Shown piece after piece: positions 60,022 through 64,000 of a stretch of DNA of 64,000 nt (the first letter of the stretch is position 1; each line of letters opens with the position of its first letter). The notes beneath the pieces are model-generated. The model was not told the origin of the DNA. It saw only the letters and a program-made list of their open reading frames with translations, and did not search any database. The stretch is from positions 384,001 to 448,000 of the forward strand of contig CAWCAG010000009.1 in NCBI GenBank assembly GCA_963793425.1, given 5' to 3'. The translations under genes and the position numbers were made by a program. This DNA comes from an uncultured cyanobacterium. Lineage in GTDB: Bacteria; Cyanobacteriota; Cyanobacteriia; Cyanobacteriales; CAWCAG01.

Positions 60022-60684
60022 TTAATTCGGTTGCCTGTTGGTTGTTGTTGGGGAATCTGAGTTGTTTAAAGGAAATAGTTGAGGCAGAATCAAGCCTGAA
60101 TTAGCTTTGTATGCCTCAAACTCAGGGTAGCGAGAGAGAGAGGTGTCTTTTTTTCGCATATTGGGCAAGAAGACTGCGGCAACAAACAAGCCGAGAATAA
60201 GGAAAGGAAGCCAATGTTGCGCTAGCAAAGCAAAACCAGTGTAAATAAAAATTTCTCCCAAATAATTGGTATTGCGACAACGGGTAAAGAAACCTTCTGT
60301 GATTAAACCTTGTCTATATTTTAAGGTAAAGTATTTTTGGGCATCGCTGCCGTAATGGAGAAAGACACCAATTATGTTAATTGCGATCGCAAAAGCAATT
60401 AAGGGGGGTGCGGGTTCAGAACCACTACTAATTAATAGAAATGGTGCTACCCAATATAGCCCGATCACCAAAAAAACAATCGGACTTAGCCAGAGAGGAA
60501 TTTGTTGTTCCCATTGGGCATCGGGATAAATTTTATCTTTCAACAACCACAAGAACCCATAAGTACCATGAAGGGCAAGATAAACCCAAGGTGCAATAGT
60601 AAAGTTCTGGTACAGGAACATCAAGCCCAAAATAACAAAGAAGGTAAATCCTTTGTGCAAATTAATGATGTGTTTGATTTTCAC
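60022..60684 (-). CDS. DUF1295 / steroid 5-alpha-reductase / ICMT-like membrane protein
   Basis: SDAQK, LITEGFF and RNTNYLGE; several TM helices. Confidence 0.75.
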   Translation of the reverse strand: MKIKHIINLHKGFTFFVILGLMFLYQNFTIAPWVYLALHGTYGFLWLLKDKIYPDAQWEQQIPLWLSPIVFLVIGLYWVAPFLLISSGSEPAPPLIAFAIAINIIGVFLHYGSDAQKYFTLKYRQGLITEGFFTRCRNTNYLGEIFIYTGFALLAQHWLPFLILGLFVAAVFLPNMRKKDTSLSRYPEFEAYKANSGLILPQLFPLNNSDSPTTTNRQPN

Positions 60685-61123
60685 GGTTTAGTACATCCTA
60701 ACCAATGATAAAGGGAACCTAAAATTTCTAGTTCTCGTCAAACTCAGGATAATGTAGTTTAGTTAAGTTATCTCAGACAAGCTAGAAACCTCAGAGAGTT
60801 GAGACTCTTCTTATCAAAAATATTTGGCTTGCGACTCTATTTAAGAAAATTGAAGAAATTAAATTGACCTCTATTCTCACCATTCCTTTAATTTTGCCCC
60901 ATTACTTCTCGAAATCCTGGCCCCGGCTATCTTCCATTTTCTCCTCTAGAGAGCAAATAAAAATTAGTTTAATTCACCTCACTTAGGTTAATATATTTAA
61001 GCTTTATCACCGTAAGTAAAAAGGGCTAATCCTGCTGATCACCAGAATAGTTTCAGCATAGACAAACGACTCACCGATTTTATCTTTAATTAGTTATTTT
61101 TCACTTTTTTACGAATTGCTAAC

Positions 61124-62702
61124 ATGAGAACTCCCCTTATCGCTAAGTTCCAAGTCTTAAAAATTTACTGGTTCTTACTGACCCTTGGTTCTATTTTATT
61201 TCTCTCCTCTCCTGCTGAAGCTGGGAGACTAGTGAGGTGGAAATTCGACCGTACTCAAAACCGCTTAGAATTTAAAACTGACGATCGGGTTCAGCCTCAA
61301 GCACAATTAATTTTTAACCCTACTCGTTTAGTGATTGACTTACCGGGAACCACCTTGGGACAACAAACAGTGAACCAATCTGTAGGAGGTGCAATTCGCC
61401 AAATTAGAGTTGGTCAATTTAATGATTCTACTACTCGTATGGTGGTAGAACTCGCACCAGGATATACCATCGATCCGCAAAAGGTTGAGTTTAGAGGTGC
61501 TGATCCTACCCAGTGGTTTGTTACCCTGCCTACTCCCCAAAGAATATCTCAACAACCATCCCCATCCCCATCCCCATCTCCCACTCCATCTCCATCCCCA
61601 TCTCCCATCTCCAGCCCAAAACCTCCCCAATTCTGCTTTTCAAGTTACGAGGAATGGTTTAGTGGTTTCCCTAGCAGGGCAAAAATTAGCTGAAGACGAT
61701 ATTAGAATCAAACCCAATCGCCGTCGTGGATTAGTAGAAATTGATCTTAGAGGAATTACCTTACCTTCTAGTTTGGTAGATAAAGCTACTGCTGTTACTA
61801 GTGATGTAGTTAATCAAATCCAATTTAGTCAAGAATCAGAAAACTTAGCCCGTATCACTCTCCAAGTTCCTAAAGATAGTCCAGAATGGAATGCTTTTTT
61901 CAGCAATAGATTAGATAGTTTGCTGATCATACCAAGGGGAGGAGGAAACTTTGAACCCACAACCTTAGTAATTCCTCCTCAAAACGAATCTACTGACCCC
62001 GTAGTAACTAACCCCACCAACCCCGATAGGGACATTTCTGTTCCTCCCCCCGACTCAAATCAACTACCAACTCCACCACCCACCACCCCAGTTCCACCTA
62101 TCAGAAAAGATGGTAGAGTACTTGTTACCATAGATCCTGGTCACGGAGGCAAAGATCCTGGTGCTATTGGTATTGGCGGACTGCGGGAAGTAGATGTGGT
62201 TTTACCCATCTCCTTAGAAATGACGGAGATGTTGAACCAAAATGGGGTACAAGTACAATTAACCCGCGATGCAGATTACTTTGTTACCCTGGCAGGACGC
62301 ACTCAACTAGCTAATCGCGTTGGTTCTGATCTTTTTGTCAGCATTCATGCTAACGCAGCACCTGGGGCGCGTCCGGGGGCAAATGGAGTAGAAACCTTTT
62401 ACCATACCAGCGGTCGTAGCCTAGCAGCAGCAATTCAAAATTCCATCATGGAAAGGTTTGATATGAATAACCGGGGGGTAAAAAAGGCGCGTTTCTACGT
62501 TTTGAGAACTTCCAGGATGCCTTCAGCTTTGGTAGAAGTGGGTTTTGTCACAGGAAATGAAGACTCGCGGGTACTTGCTAACTCCGCTTGTCGCACAGAA
62601 ATGGCTAAGGCGATCACAGTAGGAATTTTGCGTTACAGTCGCATCCAAGAACCCTATACTGGTGTTGAGGCGGATGATTCGAGTTGTCCTGCTATTAAGT
62701 GA
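61124..62702 (+). pseudogene. amiC: AMIN-domain N-acetylmuramoyl-L-alanine amidase with a 1-nt frameshift near 61605 (possible sequencing error)
   Basis: AMIN motif PTRLVIDLP and a Pro-Ser linker; then IDPGHGGKDPGA, FVSIHAN and ALVEVGF in a second frame. Confidence 0.85.
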
Positions 62703-62774
62703 GGAAGAAGGTAGTGGGGAGTAGGGAGTTAGGGAAGTTGAGTTTCTTGTTCATTAACGTAACCTTTCTTGCCT

Positions 62775-64000
62775 CTAGTTTGTCGAATTGTTATTGGAAA
62801 TTCCTGCGTTATAGACTTTCTCGTTGGCTTGAACTGATTTTGCTAAATCCACAACAGGATGAGGATAATCAACACCAATCCTAACTCCATAGCGTTTCTG
62901 TTCTTCTGGTGAAAGTTGCCAAGGTTGATGAACTTTGTTGCTAGGTACTTGTTTTAATTCCGTTAGCCAATGTTTAACATACTTACCTTGGCGATCATAA
63001 TCTTTAGACTGTTTAAGGATATTAAAGTAACGAAAACCACGGGCATCGTTACCAACACCAGCTATATAATTCCAGTTCCCCCAATTACTACAAACATCGT
63101 AGTCGATGAGTAGAGACTCAAACCATTCTGCCCCCATTTGCCAATTTATACCCAAGTTTTTGGTGAGGAAGCTAGCTACATTTTGTCGGCCTCGGTTGGA
63201 CATAAAACCTGTGGCTGCTAATTCTCGCAGATTAGCATCTACTAAAGGAAAGCCAGTTTTTCCTTCTCGCCACAGGTTGAAGCGTTGCCAATCTTCTTGC
63301 CAAGGAATGTTGATACCTTGTAAACCAGATTTAGCAAAGATGCGATTCCCATGTTTAGCGCAGATGAAACGGAAGTAATCCCGCCAGAGTAATTCAAAGA
63401 TTAACCAATAAGTAGAATCGTTAGCAACCCTTTGTGTTTCATATTTTTTAACTTCGGCATAGATGTAACGAGGGGATAAGCTACCGTTAGCTAACCAAGG
63501 AGAGAATTTAGAAGAGTAGTCTGCCCCTAACATACCGTTTCTGGTTTGTTTGTAGGAACGTAAAAGGTCTTTTTGCCAAAAGTACTCTGCTAATCTTTCT
63601 CTAGCCGCAGTTTCTCCTCCTTGAAATGGTAATACTGCTTTGGAGTCAATGGGTGTGGTTTCTAGCCCTAAACTTTCTAAGTTGGGTATTTCTCCTGTGG
63701 CAATGTTAGGGAGAGGAGGTAGCTTTTTTGGTAGGGCTACAGGAGGACGAACAGAAGTCGATTTTTCTACTTTTTTGCGAAATTGAGTAAAGACTTCCGG
63801 GAGATAACTAATTTTGAAAGGTAAGTCTTTTGGGTGGAAAAGAGTCGCTATAGGATAGGTTTTTATTTCTACTTGCAAGGCAGTTAAGGCTTTTTTCAAA
63901 GCTTTTTCTACAGCTACTTCTTCAGCAGTTACTTCTTGGTGAAAATGAACTGTAGAAATAGAAAATTCCTCTACTAAGGCGGGGATGATTTTTTCTGGCA
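62775..64000 (-). CDS. DASH-family cryptochrome, 5' end beyond the window
   Basis: GGETAA, YKQTRNG, YSSKFSPWLA, FELLWRDYF, MSNRGRQ, DYDVCSNWGNW and GVGND. Confidence 0.92.
   Translation of the reverse strand, partial: PEKIIPALVEEFSISTVHFHQEVTAEEVAVEKALKKALTALQVEIKTYPIATLFHPKDLPFKISYLPEVFTQFRKKVEKSTSVRPPVALPKKLPPLPNIATGEIPNLESLGLETTPIDSKAVLPFQGGETAARERLAEYFWQKDLLRSYKQTRNGMLGADYSSKFSPWLANGSLSPRYIYAEVKKYETQRVANDSTYWLIFELLWRDYFRFICAKHGNRIFAKSGLQGINIPWQEDWQRFNLWREGKTGFPLVDANLRELAATGFMSNRGRQNVASFLTKNLGINWQMGAEWFESLLIDYDVCSNWGNWNYIAGVGNDARGFRYFNILKQSKDYDRQGKYVKHWLTELKQVPSNKVHQPWQLSPEEQKRYGVRIGVDYPHPVVDLAKSVQANEKVYNAGISNNNSTN

Overview
This 64 kb window is chromosomal DNA from a cyanobacterium: it is AT-rich, carries many HIP1 octamers (GCGATCGC) and has heptamer tandem repeats in intergenic spaces. 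Much of it is housekeeping genes (anmK, spkA, ndbB-like, queF, slt, pepA, moaC, egtD, panB, amiC, DASH cryptochrome, tRNA-Arg). Five accessory modules stand out. (1) A Uma2 nuclease gene is bracketed by 40-bp inverted repeats. (2) A sigma-like / DUF1822 / CHAT-CHASE2 / DUF928 cassette looks like a transmembrane protease-controlled sigma switch. (3) A four-gene operon encodes uncharacterised proteins that share one domain. (4) A decayed Bell-like effector and WD40 NLR-like gene pair shares a matching amyloid-like motif (YAATSxxGxANI). (5) A PPTase-FAAL-ACAD-ACP-MBOAT-SGNH cluster resembles a Dlt-type relay for fatty-acylating an envelope polymer, followed by a second MBOAT/SGNH/sulfotransferase/GT2 set. 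Several single-base frameshifts may be assembly errors. All calls come from motif recognition by eye; no searches were run.
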